Source: a virus
Lineage: Duplodnaviria > Caudoviricetes
Virus record (IMG/VR): IMGVR_UViG_3300025018_000217
Location: 1 to 46,217 of that record
Reading direction: 5' to 3' (one strand)
Length of the DNA stretch: 46,217 nt
Positions 1-8,828 of this stretch are shown one piece after another. The notes below the pieces were generated by a model. That model worked only from the letters and a program-made list of their open reading frames with translations, was not told the origin of the DNA and made no database searches. The position numbers were made by a program, and so were the translations under genes. Numbering within the stretch: position 1 is the first letter of the stretch; every line of letters starts with the position of its first letter.

Positions 1-828
1 TCCACTGTTTATGATTTAAGCTTTACCGATACAGGCACAGTGGATGGAGATGCTACAGGTGAAGTAGCAGCAGAGAAAAATGCTGTTTTAGGAGCTTTTT
101 CTGCTCTAGGAATTATATCTGCAGGCAACAGCGATTTAACCAAAGGCACTTACCGAGCTTATGGCGATAATGGAGCTAATGGTGGCAGAATAGAACTTTA
201 TTTTGGAGCTTCCAGAGATACTACCTATCAGTATATGGTCTTTAGAGCTAGTGACTCAGCAGCTGGTGACAGAATGGCTATTGGAACGAATTCTAATGAA
301 AATTTATTTCAATTCACTGGGGCTGGAGATTTTTTAATGACAGGAGGAGCTAAGGGAAATTTACTTTTACCAGTTCAATCCGCTAAGCTTGGACATTTGG
401 TAAGTCCTGCGGCAATAGATGGCTCACAGAAAAGATTTTATTTATTATATGACGCAGCCACTGATGAAGCCGCTGAATGGCAATTTGTTATGCCAACAAC
501 ATACAGTACAGCTTTTACATTAAAAGCGAAGATAATTTATACAATGGCTTCAGCGACAACAGGTGATGTGGTGTGGAACGCTAGTATAATGGCAAATGCT
601 GATGGTGAGGCATTAGAAACTGATTCTTTTGATACGGTAAATGCTTTAACTATTACTGTTCCGGGAACAGCTGGACTTCAAGATACTGCTGATATTACAT
701 TAACAAATAAAGATTCTGTTAGTCCGGGAGAAATGACTATATTTAAGTTAATACGAGATGCAGATAATGCCAGTGATACTGCTGCTGGTGATGCCGAGGT
801 TGCTGGTGTTGAAATTTATTGGGAATAA
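1..828 (+). CDS. C-terminal part of the collagen-like fibre that starts at 44888 (gene wraps across the window ends)
   Basis: Frame is open from base 1. [12 protein letters not shown] is encoded both at 22-58 and at 46181-46217, in frame with the ORF from 44888. Joined protein is about 699 aa. Confidence 0.8.
   Translation, partial: STVYDLSFTDTGTVDGDATGEVAAEKNAVLGAFSALGIISAGNSDLTKGTYRAYGDNGANGGRIELYFGASRDTTYQYMVFRASDSAAGDRMAIGTNSNENLFQFTGAGDFLMTGGAKGNLLLPVQSAKLGHLVSPAAIDGSQKRFYLLYDAATDEAAEWQFVMPTTYSTAFTLKAKIIYTMASATTGDVVWNASIMANADGEALETDSFDTVNALTITVPGTAGLQDTADITLTNKDSVSPGEMTIFKLIRDADNASDTAAGDAEVAGVEIYWE
9..58. repeat. Terminal direct repeat, left copy (matches 46168-46217)
   Basis: 49/50 nt identical; exact 37-nt match between 22-58 and 46181-46217. 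Confidence 0.95.
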
Positions 829-832
829 TAAT

Positions 833-1495
833 ATGTCATTTATACCGTCAGATACCACATCAACAAAAACATCCGCTTTAACTTTACCAGCTAATGCGAC
901 TCTTTATATTAGTTTTTATGCTACTGACGTTACCACTAAATCTTATTTACTAGCTTCTTATGCTTTATCGGAAATGCAACTTTATATTGAGGGTGGTAAA
1001 TTAATTTTTAAGAATCCTGCTAATTTTATTTCAGGCACTCAAGGTAAATGGACTGGTGATATATCAGTTAATACTAATTATCAAATGGCTCTAAGATTTT
1101 TGTTTGATACAGATGAAACCCAGAACCCAGAAGTCTGGTTAAATGGTGCTCAAATTACAATGACTGAAACTGTAACCCCAATAGTATCTCAAGCTGCTGC
1201 TAATGCACAGTTAGAATTTGGCTTTGTTGTTGATGGGACTCCATTTTTGGGAAGAATTCACGAAGTTGCTATTTTTAATACAAAATTGTCTGACTCGGGA
1301 ATGGCTATATTAAGTGGGTCACAACTTAGAAATATTCCACTTCAATATAGTTCAGTAACTAATTATTGGAAATTAGAAGAGGTAGCAGGTGGGGCATCAA
1401 TAGCATCAGTGGCATTTAAAGATGTGGTTGGTGGTAACACAGCCACGGGTGGGACTGGAACAGGTTTTACTAATAATTATTTATCTTATCCCTAA
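833..1495 (+). CDS. LamG/concanavalin A-like jelly-roll protein (fibre or receptor-binding)
   Basis: GRIHEVAIFNTKLS and YWKLEE motifs. ATG at 833 directly follows the upstream stop. Confidence 0.7.
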   Translation: MSFIPSDTTSTKTSALTLPANATLYISFYATDVTTKSYLLASYALSEMQLYIEGGKLIFKNPANFISGTQGKWTGDISVNTNYQMALRFLFDTDETQNPEVWLNGAQITMTETVTPIVSQAAANAQLEFGFVVDGTPFLGRIHEVAIFNTKLSDSGMAILSGSQLRNIPLQYSSVTNYWKLEEVAGGASIASVAFKDVVGGNTATGGTGTGFTNNYLSYP

Positions 1496-1499
1496 TAAA

Positions 1500-1528
1500 A
1501 AGACAGATATTCAATAATAGTGTATAAT
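1500..1528 (+). promoter_or_regulatory. Putative sigma70 promoter
   Basis: AAGACA-17-TATAAT in an intergenic gap. Confidence 0.5.
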
Positions 1529-1571
1529 AAATTTATGTAATGTAGTAAAGACAATAATTAACTATAAAAAT

Positions 1572-2567
1572 ATGTCATACCAAGCAAATGCCATCGGCGA
1601 TGTAAATAATTTAGGATATTTTTTAGATGAAGCCGCTTTAATCGCTGCTTATCCGGTTGGAGCTGGTGGATATTTTGCGATTCTTGCTTCCACAGATACG
1701 GTTTGGGTTTGGGATACCGATACAAATGCTTGGGTGAATACCGGAGCGGATGCTCCAATCGGTCCAACAGGACCACAGGGTCCTACTGGCTATACCGGTC
1801 CAATCGGTCCTACTGGATATACCGGAGCTGGTAATTTTACGGGTCCTACTGGCTATACCGGTCCTACTGGCTATACCGGTCCATCGGGAGCTGATTCAAC
1901 AGTTACTGGCCCTACTGGATACACCGGTCCAACTGGATACACTGGCCCTTCAGGTTCTGACTCAACTGCCACAGGTCCAACTGGGTACACTGGCCCTTCA
2001 GGTTCTGACTCAACTGTTACCGGTCCAACTGGTTATACTGGCTATACTGGCTATACTGGCTATACCGGCCCATCGGGAGCTGATTCAACAGTTACTGGTC
2101 CAACAGGATATACCGGTCCAACAGGATATACTGGTCCAACTGGGTACACTGGACCCGGAACGCAACTTACTCTTACCGAAGCTCCGGGTTCTGACCACAC
2201 ATTTACAGGAACTTCTGTTGTTATGACTGCAGGTGAAAACCTTGCTCAAAGTGAAGTTGTTTACTTCAAAGCAGACGGGACGGTTTGGAAATCTGATGCT
2301 GACGCTATTGGCACAATGCCGGTAATTGGTTTAGCCACTGCAGCCATTTCTAGTGCGGCTACAGGAGTAATTCTCTTGAACGGAATTATGCGTGATGACA
2401 CTTGGGCGTGGACCGTTGGTGGTCTCATTTATGCTGGAGAAACTCCCGGAGCAATGTCTCAATCTGTTCCAACTGGAACTGATGGAGTGGTTCAAGTGCT
2501 TGGAGTTGCCACTCATGCCGACAGAATGTTTTTTAATCCACAATTAGTATTAGTAACTATTGTCTAA
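1572..2567 (+). CDS. Collagen-like (GPT/GYT) fibre with C-terminal capsid-cement/head-fibre-like domain
   Basis: Long G-X-T triplet tract. C-terminal [12 protein letters not shown]...VIGLAT...QVLGVAT resembles capsid cement-type domains. Confidence 0.75.
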   Translation: MSYQANAIGDVNNLGYFLDEAALIAAYPVGAGGYFAILASTDTVWVWDTDTNAWVNTGADAPIGPTGPQGPTGYTGPIGPTGYTGAGNFTGPTGYTGPTGYTGPSGADSTVTGPTGYTGPTGYTGPSGSDSTATGPTGYTGPSGSDSTVTGPTGYTGYTGYTGYTGPSGADSTVTGPTGYTGPTGYTGPTGYTGPGTQLTLTEAPGSDHTFTGTSVVMTAGENLAQSEVVYFKADGTVWKSDADAIGTMPVIGLATAAISSAATGVILLNGIMRDDTWAWTVGGLIYAGETPGAMSQSVPTGTDGVVQVLGVATHADRMFFNPQLVLVTIV

Positions 2568-2576
2568 TAAAAAAGT

Positions 2577-3977
2577 ATGGCCTTAACAGACAACCTAGTT
2601 TCCTATTATAAATTTGATAATGTTAATGATTCTGTTGGTGGTAAAACATTGACAAATGTTGGAACGGTTGAATTTAATGCTGGGGGAATAATTGGAAATG
2701 ATGCTGATTTTGGAGCAACTAATTCAACAAAATCTTTAAAATTGATTGGAGATAATAGTGGAGTTGCTTACAATTCAGCAATCACAATTTCTCTTTGGGT
2801 AAAATTACATGCTAATGTTGATGGGACAAATACTTTTTACGGTTTTATGAATAAGATGGCTGTTTCTACGGGGTCTTCTGGTGTCGAATATCAGATGGGT
2901 ACAGAATATAACGGTGGTACTCCGAGAGTTTGGTTTGCAAGATTTGGTTCTTCAAATATTTATCAATATTTTAATACTACTCTTGGTACAACTACTTGGC
3001 ATCACTTGGTCTCAACTTGGGATACAACAAATTTTACAAGTTATCTTGATGGAATACCTATAGATACTGATGCAGCAAGTGGGGAAGCATCAATAGGCAC
3101 GGAAACTCATTTAATTTTTGGTCAATATCAAAATATTGATACTGGATGGTTGCGTGGAATGGTTGATGAAGTTGGTATTTGGTCAAGAGCTTTATCTGCT
3201 GTTGAAGTATCTGCACTGTACAATGCTGGAAGTGGTAATCAATATGACTTCACTAACCCTGTAGGTGGGTCATTAACTTTATATTTTTTCCCGGGGTCAG
3301 CTGCTGAATCATATAATCCTACTAATGGTGATACCCATAACTATAATGCTGATTATACTACCTCCCATGATGCTACATCCGCTGCCGAGGCTAGACCTGA
3401 TTCTACTGGTGATTTTCATTATGCTGGTCAATTTTTAACTGGTGGTTCCTATCATATTTACCGGGGGATTGACTGTTTTGATACTTCTTATTTACCAGAT
3501 AGTTGTAATATAACAGCTGCCGTTGTTAAACAACGAACTGCTGATAAAGGGGTTGCTGGTAGTGAGTTTAATCTTGATGTTTATTCTGCCACAATAAATG
3601 GTACATCTACTATTATTGCAGGTGATTACAATCAAGCGAATTATGGTGGTACTTCATTCGGTTCAATTGCTAGTACGGATATTTCTGCAACTGCCAATAC
3701 TTTATGGTCTATAACTTTATCTAACTTTTCTGGCATTAACAAAACTGGAGTGACTACTTTTGCTTATAGAACAGACAGGGATGTGAATAGTACTACACCA
3801 TCAGGTTCTGAATATATAGCAGTTCAAACCAGAAGTTCTTCTGTTGACACTCCACGTTTGGAAGTAACTTATTCTATAACTGACCTTAAAACAGTAATGG
3901 GAATTACTTACGCTTCAGTAAAAACGGTTGACGGGATAGCTGTTGCTAATGTAAAATCAATAGTAAGTATAAACTAA
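2577..3977 (+). CDS. LamG-domain virion protein with a DNRLRE-like second domain
   Basis: LVSYYKFD, TISLWVK, WHHLVSTWD, GMVDEVGIWSRALS; then FDTSYLP...PRLEVTY. Confidence 0.8.
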   Translation: MALTDNLVSYYKFDNVNDSVGGKTLTNVGTVEFNAGGIIGNDADFGATNSTKSLKLIGDNSGVAYNSAITISLWVKLHANVDGTNTFYGFMNKMAVSTGSSGVEYQMGTEYNGGTPRVWFARFGSSNIYQYFNTTLGTTTWHHLVSTWDTTNFTSYLDGIPIDTDAASGEASIGTETHLIFGQYQNIDTGWLRGMVDEVGIWSRALSAVEVSALYNAGSGNQYDFTNPVGGSLTLYFFPGSAAESYNPTNGDTHNYNADYTTSHDATSAAEARPDSTGDFHYAGQFLTGGSYHIYRGIDCFDTSYLPDSCNITAAVVKQRTADKGVAGSEFNLDVYSATINGTSTIIAGDYNQANYGGTSFGSIASTDISATANTLWSITLSNFSGINKTGVTTFAYRTDRDVNSTTPSGSEYIAVQTRSSSVDTPRLEVTYSITDLKTVMGITYASVKTVDGIAVANVKSIVSIN

Positions 3978-3980
3978 AAT

Positions 3981-4343
3981 ATGGAAATTCTTTTAACCCC
4001 CTCAAACATAATGTTCGTTCTCGGGGTTTTAGGAGTTATTTTTGCAGTGTTTAATTATTTTAAAAACCCTCAAATCCAGATAGAAAAAGATTTAATTAAG
4101 ACGAAAGCTCAATCTGATAAGGAAGATAATTTAAATGAAGTTAAATACAGTTATATTAATGAGAGTAACAATAGAAGATTTAATGATATTCAGAAAAATT
4201 TTGAAGCTCTTTTGCTTCAAAGTAATAATCATATCCATACTGTCGATATAAAGGTTGAGACTCTATCTTTGAATATTATTTCAATGGAAAAAGAACTTAC
4301 ACGATTATCAACAATAATTGAGGAGAGAATTCCAAAAAAATGA
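3981..4343 (+). CDS. Membrane-anchored coiled-coil protein (holin-like)
   Basis: N-terminal hydrophobic helix IMFVLGVLGVIFAVFNYF followed by coiled coil. Confidence 0.5.
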   Translation: MEILLTPSNIMFVLGVLGVIFAVFNYFKNPQIQIEKDLIKTKAQSDKEDNLNEVKYSYINESNNRRFNDIQKNFEALLLQSNNHIHTVDIKVETLSLNIISMEKELTRLSTIIEERIPKK

Positions 4344-4900
4344 ATAAACCAAATTTTAGTGTGGCAATGATTGCTCGAAATGAAGAGCTGACCATACCTA
4401 GAATGGTGGGGTCTTTAAAGGAATTCCAAGAAAGAGGTGGAGAAATTTTAGTTTTAGATACAGGAAGTACTGACAAAACATCTGAAGTGGCAAAAGGGTT
4501 AGGGTGCATCGTATATGAGGTTGGAGATAAGTTTAAAATAACGGTTGACAAGGAGTTGGCTGACAATATCAATGCAAAGTTTGTTGTAGGTGATGAAGCC
4601 CCTGTCATAAAAGAAGGTGACAGTCTTTTTGATTTTGCTTCAGCTCGGAACTATATTGCAACATTTTGTAAAACTCAATTTGCGTTTACACCTGATTGCG
4701 ATGAAGTTTTAACCATGTTAAACTTAGATGAAGTTGAAAAAGTCTTAGCGGAACCAGATACTGATTTGTTAGAGTACGATTTTGTATTTAGTCATGATGA
4801 CTTAGGTAATCCAGTTATTAAATTTCGTCATAGCAAGTTTTACGATATAAATAAATATCACTGGGTCGGGATTATCCATGAGGTATTGCAACCGAAATAG
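4340..4900 (+). CDS. GT2 (GT-A fold) glycosyltransferase, N-terminal fragment of a split gene
   Basis: SVAMIARNEE, VLDTGSTDKT, FDFASARN, DxD motif DCDE; ends immediately after WVGIIHEVL. Confidence 0.9.
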   Translation: MNKPNFSVAMIARNEELTIPRMVGSLKEFQERGGEILVLDTGSTDKTSEVAKGLGCIVYEVGDKFKITVDKELADNINAKFVVGDEAPVIKEGDSLFDFASARNYIATFCKTQFAFTPDCDEVLTMLNLDEVEKVLAEPDTDLLEYDFVFSHDDLGNPVIKFRHSKFYDINKYHWVGIIHEVLQPK

Positions 4901-4904
4901 AATT

Positions 4905-5375
4905 ATGTCAATGGGAGAAAAAACTAAAAAGTTGTGGAGTGACCCAGTTTATCGTAAAAAAATGAGTGATGCTCATAAAGGTAAAATTCACGCTGGTAGT
5001 TTCAAAAAGGGTCACAAGGTTTCAAACACCGGAAAGACATGGATTAAGAAAGGGCAGTTTTCTGGTGAAAAGAATTATTTTTATGGTAAGAAATTTATAG
5101 GTGAAATAAACGAAATGTGGAAAGGAGATAAGGTCGGATACCAAGCTTTGCATAGTTGGTTGTACCGAGAATTTGGTAAACCAACTAAATGTGAAAACAA
5201 AAAATGTTTTTATCCTAGAAAAAATAAGCGGGGTATTTTGATGAAAAAACCATTAAGATTTGAATGGGCGAACTTAGGTACTTACGATAGAGATAGAAAA
5301 AACTGGGTGATGTTGTGTTCTAGCTGTCACGGTATTTTAGATAAAAGTGAGGATAAATTTTTGATAAAATTATGA
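4905..5375 (+). mobile_element. NUMOD3-HNH homing endonuclease, free-standing inside the glycosyltransferase
   Basis: YRKKMSDAHKGK (NUMOD3-like), WKGDKVGYQALHSW, FEWAN...NWVMLCSSCH. Start at ATG 4905 or 4911. Confidence 0.8.
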
Positions 5376-7636
5376 AATATTTACCACCAAATATCATAAA
5401 ACTAGAACACTACCAGAACCCCCAGACGAACCGTAGCGGCTATTTGAGGGGGCTAGCCATAGATTGCTTCAAAAACCCTGACAACGACCGAAATAGCCAC
5501 TATTTTGCCCGTGAGATGATGTATCTAGGTCGTTACCGGTCAGCTATTAAAGAATTTGAGAATCATATCTCGATGGGGCGTTGGGGGACCGAGGCAGCCC
5601 AGTCTATGATGTATATTGGTGATTGTTACAGCCATCTCGGAAATTATGATGAAATGCATAGATGGTATGCTAAGTCAGTTGAGAAAGAAGCTCGCCGTGA
5701 ACCATTGATGAGAGAAGCGGAATACTATTTCCACCGGAATATGCACCAGCAAGCTATCGTGTATTGTGAAGCAGCTTTGGCAGTCAGTCAGCTTCCTTTC
5801 TATTCAAATCATCAACCATACTATGAAGATATACCACATGCTTTTCTTTATGTGTCTTACTGGTGGATTGGCAATAAAGAAAAAAGTAAAGAGCATTGGG
5901 AAAAAGCGATGGCTTTTAATCCTAAGAATCCTAAGTATATTGCTGATGGCAAATTTTATAATATCCCGACTAAACTAGATATCTACACTGAAAATATAAA
6001 AAACAATATCAATTTCACTTTTGTTAAACGAGGTGATGGAGAATTAGACTGTATGAATGGAGAGGTTGGAGCGAACTGTGACGGCCATGATTATTCTCCT
6101 GAACTGGGTGAAAGTTTAAAAGAATCGTTTGAGTTTCTGAAAGATAAGGCTGATATTGTAGAATTTTCCGACCAGAAAAATTATAATATCCTGCTTCATC
6201 GAACTGATAATGATTTGGTCAAGTTGAGTGAGTTCTATAAAACAATCAGGGACTCCAGCCGAAAGAAATTCTTTATTGGACCAGAAAGATTGATTGGAGT
6301 AGCTGAATTGTTAGACGCTACCTTTGTGGAAGTTCCACTGGTCAACGCCTTTGACTATATTCAGGGTATGGATTTGCGTCCTGAAGACAATGAAATTTAT
6401 ATTTTTAGTTGTGGTATGCCAGCGAAAGTGCTGATTGCTCAAACTCTGAAACAAAATCCGAACATCACCTGTATTGATTCCGGAAGTTCTTTTGACCCGA
6501 TTTTTGTTGGTAAGACTCGTACTGAACAAGCGGAAATGGAAGATTTAAAAAAACTTTATTTTGAAGACCACTATATTGACCCGGGGATTGAAGGGATGAT
6601 GACCCCAGCGGAAATGGAGTGGCTGTATCAAACTTCGAAGACTGTTGATTCATTCTTAGAGATTGGCAGTTATAAAGGTAAGAGTACCCACGCTATTCTT
6701 TCGGGTGGATGTAAAAAGGTCTATGCTGTGGACCACTTTGTTGGTAGTTCCGACCCGATTGAAACCGGGAATTTAGATACTTACGAAGCGTTTATGCAGA
6801 ATGTCGGGCACTTTGAAAACCTCAATGTCCGAAAGATGAGTAGTCTGGAAGCGGTTAAAGAATTTGAGGAGAAAATCCTTGATGTGGTCTTTATTGATGG
6901 AGGCCACAGGATTCAGGAGATTACGGAAGATATTGTTGCTTGGCTTCCTAAAACAAAGAAGATTCTTTGTGGACATGATTATCATGATGCCAAAGCCGTC
7001 CGAATGGCGGTAGATATTTTACTCGGACCAGTTCAGGTTTGTGACCGAATTTGGTACAAAGTTTTGGACGGAACCGAGACCTTGGACACCGATAAAGCCC
7101 GAAGGCTGGCTCGGTACTTGGATATGGAATTGGTAAATAAAATGTTTGCTTTACCACAAGAAAATCATCCCGAGAAACTATATGTTTTAAATGAGATAGG
7201 TGACCCATCAGGAAAGGTTATTTACGATATAGGTTGTGGTAAACATAAAACATTGGAATCTGCAATAGGAGTAGATATTCTTGAAGGTTCAGACATTGTT
7301 GCTAGTGCTGACTTTTTACCAACCGTTAAAGATGAAACTGTTGATATTATAATTTCTCGACATTCATTAGAGCATCTAGCTGATACACAAAAAACCTTAA
7401 ATGAATGGACTAGAATTCTAAAATCAGATGGTAAGATTATTTTTATACTTCCTAATGATGAAGTTATTAACACTCTAGACCCAATTTTAAGTCATGGGGT
7501 TCATTTTCAAGCTTTTACTCCAGTAGAATTTAGGTCTGCTGTTCAAAAGACCAGTGGTTTAATTATTGATAAAATTGAAATTATTGTTGATGGTTGGAGT
7601 TTTGGTGGGGTTATTAGAAAAGTATCATTGTCCTAA
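5372..7636 (+). CDS. Multidomain glycan-modification protein: GT2 C-terminal end + TPR + GT-D/DUF1792-like + two SAM methyltransferases
   Basis: IKLEHYQ...DRNSHYFARE plus TPR helices; FVKRGDGE, SCGMPAK, IDSGSSFD; EIGSYKGKST, FIDGGH, GHDY; DIGCG, SRHSLEHL, ILKSDG. Confidence 0.85.
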   Translation: MKYLPPNIIKLEHYQNPQTNRSGYLRGLAIDCFKNPDNDRNSHYFAREMMYLGRYRSAIKEFENHISMGRWGTEAAQSMMYIGDCYSHLGNYDEMHRWYAKSVEKEARREPLMREAEYYFHRNMHQQAIVYCEAALAVSQLPFYSNHQPYYEDIPHAFLYVSYWWIGNKEKSKEHWEKAMAFNPKNPKYIADGKFYNIPTKLDIYTENIKNNINFTFVKRGDGELDCMNGEVGANCDGHDYSPELGESLKESFEFLKDKADIVEFSDQKNYNILLHRTDNDLVKLSEFYKTIRDSSRKKFFIGPERLIGVAELLDATFVEVPLVNAFDYIQGMDLRPEDNEIYIFSCGMPAKVLIAQTLKQNPNITCIDSGSSFDPIFVGKTRTEQAEMEDLKKLYFEDHYIDPGIEGMMTPAEMEWLYQTSKTVDSFLEIGSYKGKSTHAILSGGCKKVYAVDHFVGSSDPIETGNLDTYEAFMQNVGHFENLNVRKMSSLEAVKEFEEKILDVVFIDGGHRIQEITEDIVAWLPKTKKILCGHDYHDAKAVRMAVDILLGPVQVCDRIWYKVLDGTETLDTDKARRLARYLDMELVNKMFALPQENHPEKLYVLNEIGDPSGKVIYDIGCGKHKTLESAIGVDILEGSDIVASADFLPTVKDETVDIIISRHSLEHLADTQKTLNEWTRILKSDGKIIFILPNDEVINTLDPILSHGVHFQAFTPVEFRSAVQKTSGLIIDKIEIIVDGWSFGGVIRKVSLS

Positions 7637-7656
7637 AGTTTTTTCTATGATATACT
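7628..7656 (+). promoter_or_regulatory. Promoter for the second HNH gene, probably leaderless
   Basis: TTGTCC-17-TATACT with TGn extension; ATG 6 nt after the -10. Confidence 0.6.
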
Positions 7657-7662
7657 CTAGGA

Positions 7663-8247
7663 ATGCAAAAATATCATAAATATAATGTGGAATGGAGGAT
7701 TAAAAACAAAGATAAGGTTAGAGAAAATGATAAAAAATGGAGATTGGCTAACCCAGATAAGGTTAAAGAGTCTAAACATCGAGATTATTTAAAAAATAAG
7801 GAGAGATATAATAGACAGTCATTAGAATCATCAAATAGGAGAAAGAAAGCCAACCCAGAATTGTTTGCCCAACAACAGAGGGCAAAAATGAATAAATATC
7901 ACAAAACACCAAAAGGTATATATAAAGTCTTGGTTAAGAGAACAAAAGATAAAAAATATAAAACAATAATAGGGCAAGATGAGTTTATCAATTGGTATAA
8001 AAGTGAAGAAAAAAAATGTTATTATTGTGGTATCCCCGAAGAAAGGTTAAACTTAGTAAAGAACTTTAGAGGCAAATTAAGGTTTAGTATAGACAGAAAA
8101 GATAATAATAATGGATATACGCGAGAAAATATCTGTCTAGCATGTCTAACTTGTAACAGGGTAAAAGGAGAGATATTTAGTCCAGAGATAATGAAAAAAA
8201 TCGCAAATAAATTTATAAAACCAATATGGAAAAATCAAATGAAATAA
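7663..8247 (+). mobile_element. HNH homing endonuclease
   Basis: Basic N-terminal helix; CYYCG...SIDRKDNNNGYTRENICLACLTCNRVKG. Confidence 0.85.
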
Positions 8248-8828
8248 AAATAGAATACCCTAGCCTTTCCTTCATTATTCCCACCCTTGGGCGGCCCGAA
8301 GGATTGCAACGCTGTCTTGATTCTATCGCTAATCTTCATTACCCTAAGAGTCAAATCGAAGTCATTGTTAAACAAGACAGTTTTGAAAATCGAATTGGTG
8401 TTCCCAAACTTCTCAAGCAAGGGGTAGAAGAATCTACCGGTGATTGGATAGTGTTTGCTTCCAATGACACTGAATTCACTCCTGATTTTATTAACGAAGC
8501 ATTGAAAGTTGGAGAACAAGGTTTTGTTTCTTTTAATACTGGTGAATTATTACCCGATGGTGGTAATCGGAATGAACATTTTATGATTCGAAAGGATGTT
8601 ATTGAGAAGATTGGAGAAGTCTTTGACACTGACTTCTGGCACGCCGGGGTAGATAATTTACTCGCCGCTAAAATGGATAAATTAGGTATTTTTGTTCGTG
8701 CAGAAAAGGCAATTGTAAATCATTATCATTTTACGAAAGGTGTGGAGTATGACGAAACTTATAAATTAGGTTGGTCTCATGTCGAGGAAGACCGGTCATT
8801 ATTAGCTAAAAAATTACTAGAATTATGA
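8226..8828 (+). CDS. GT2-family glycosyltransferase
   Basis: SFIIPTLGRPEGLQRCLDSI, GDWIVFASNDTEF, FWHAGVDN, HYH. Confidence 0.85.
   Translation: MEKSNEIKIEYPSLSFIIPTLGRPEGLQRCLDSIANLHYPKSQIEVIVKQDSFENRIGVPKLLKQGVEESTGDWIVFASNDTEFTPDFINEALKVGEQGFVSFNTGELLPDGGNRNEHFMIRKDVIEKIGEVFDTDFWHAGVDNLLAAKMDKLGIFVRAEKAIVNHYHFTKGVEYDETYKLGWSHVEEDRSLLAKKLLEL

Noticed and set aside
1750-2226. Alternative-frame ORFs over collagen tracts (also 11861..12253, 11874..12242, 11890..12156, 45162..45740)
   Set aside because: Shadows of the GGN-CCN-ACN/GGN-TAY-ACN repeat, which lacks stops in other frames; the G-X-T frame is the real gene.
4898-4930. Stop-codon reassignment (TAG or TGA read-through)
   Set aside because: Read-through of this TAG meets TAA within 9 codons; genes genome-wide are full length under code 11.
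4895-5377. Group I/II intron, intein or T4 gene 60-style ribosomal hop across the first HNH
   Set aside because: No non-coding space for a ribozyme core. The HNH is out of frame with the GT and has no intein termini. Matching AAA codons and a stop exist, but 480 nt is far longer than the 50-nt gene 60 gap, and an ATGA restart explains expression more simply.
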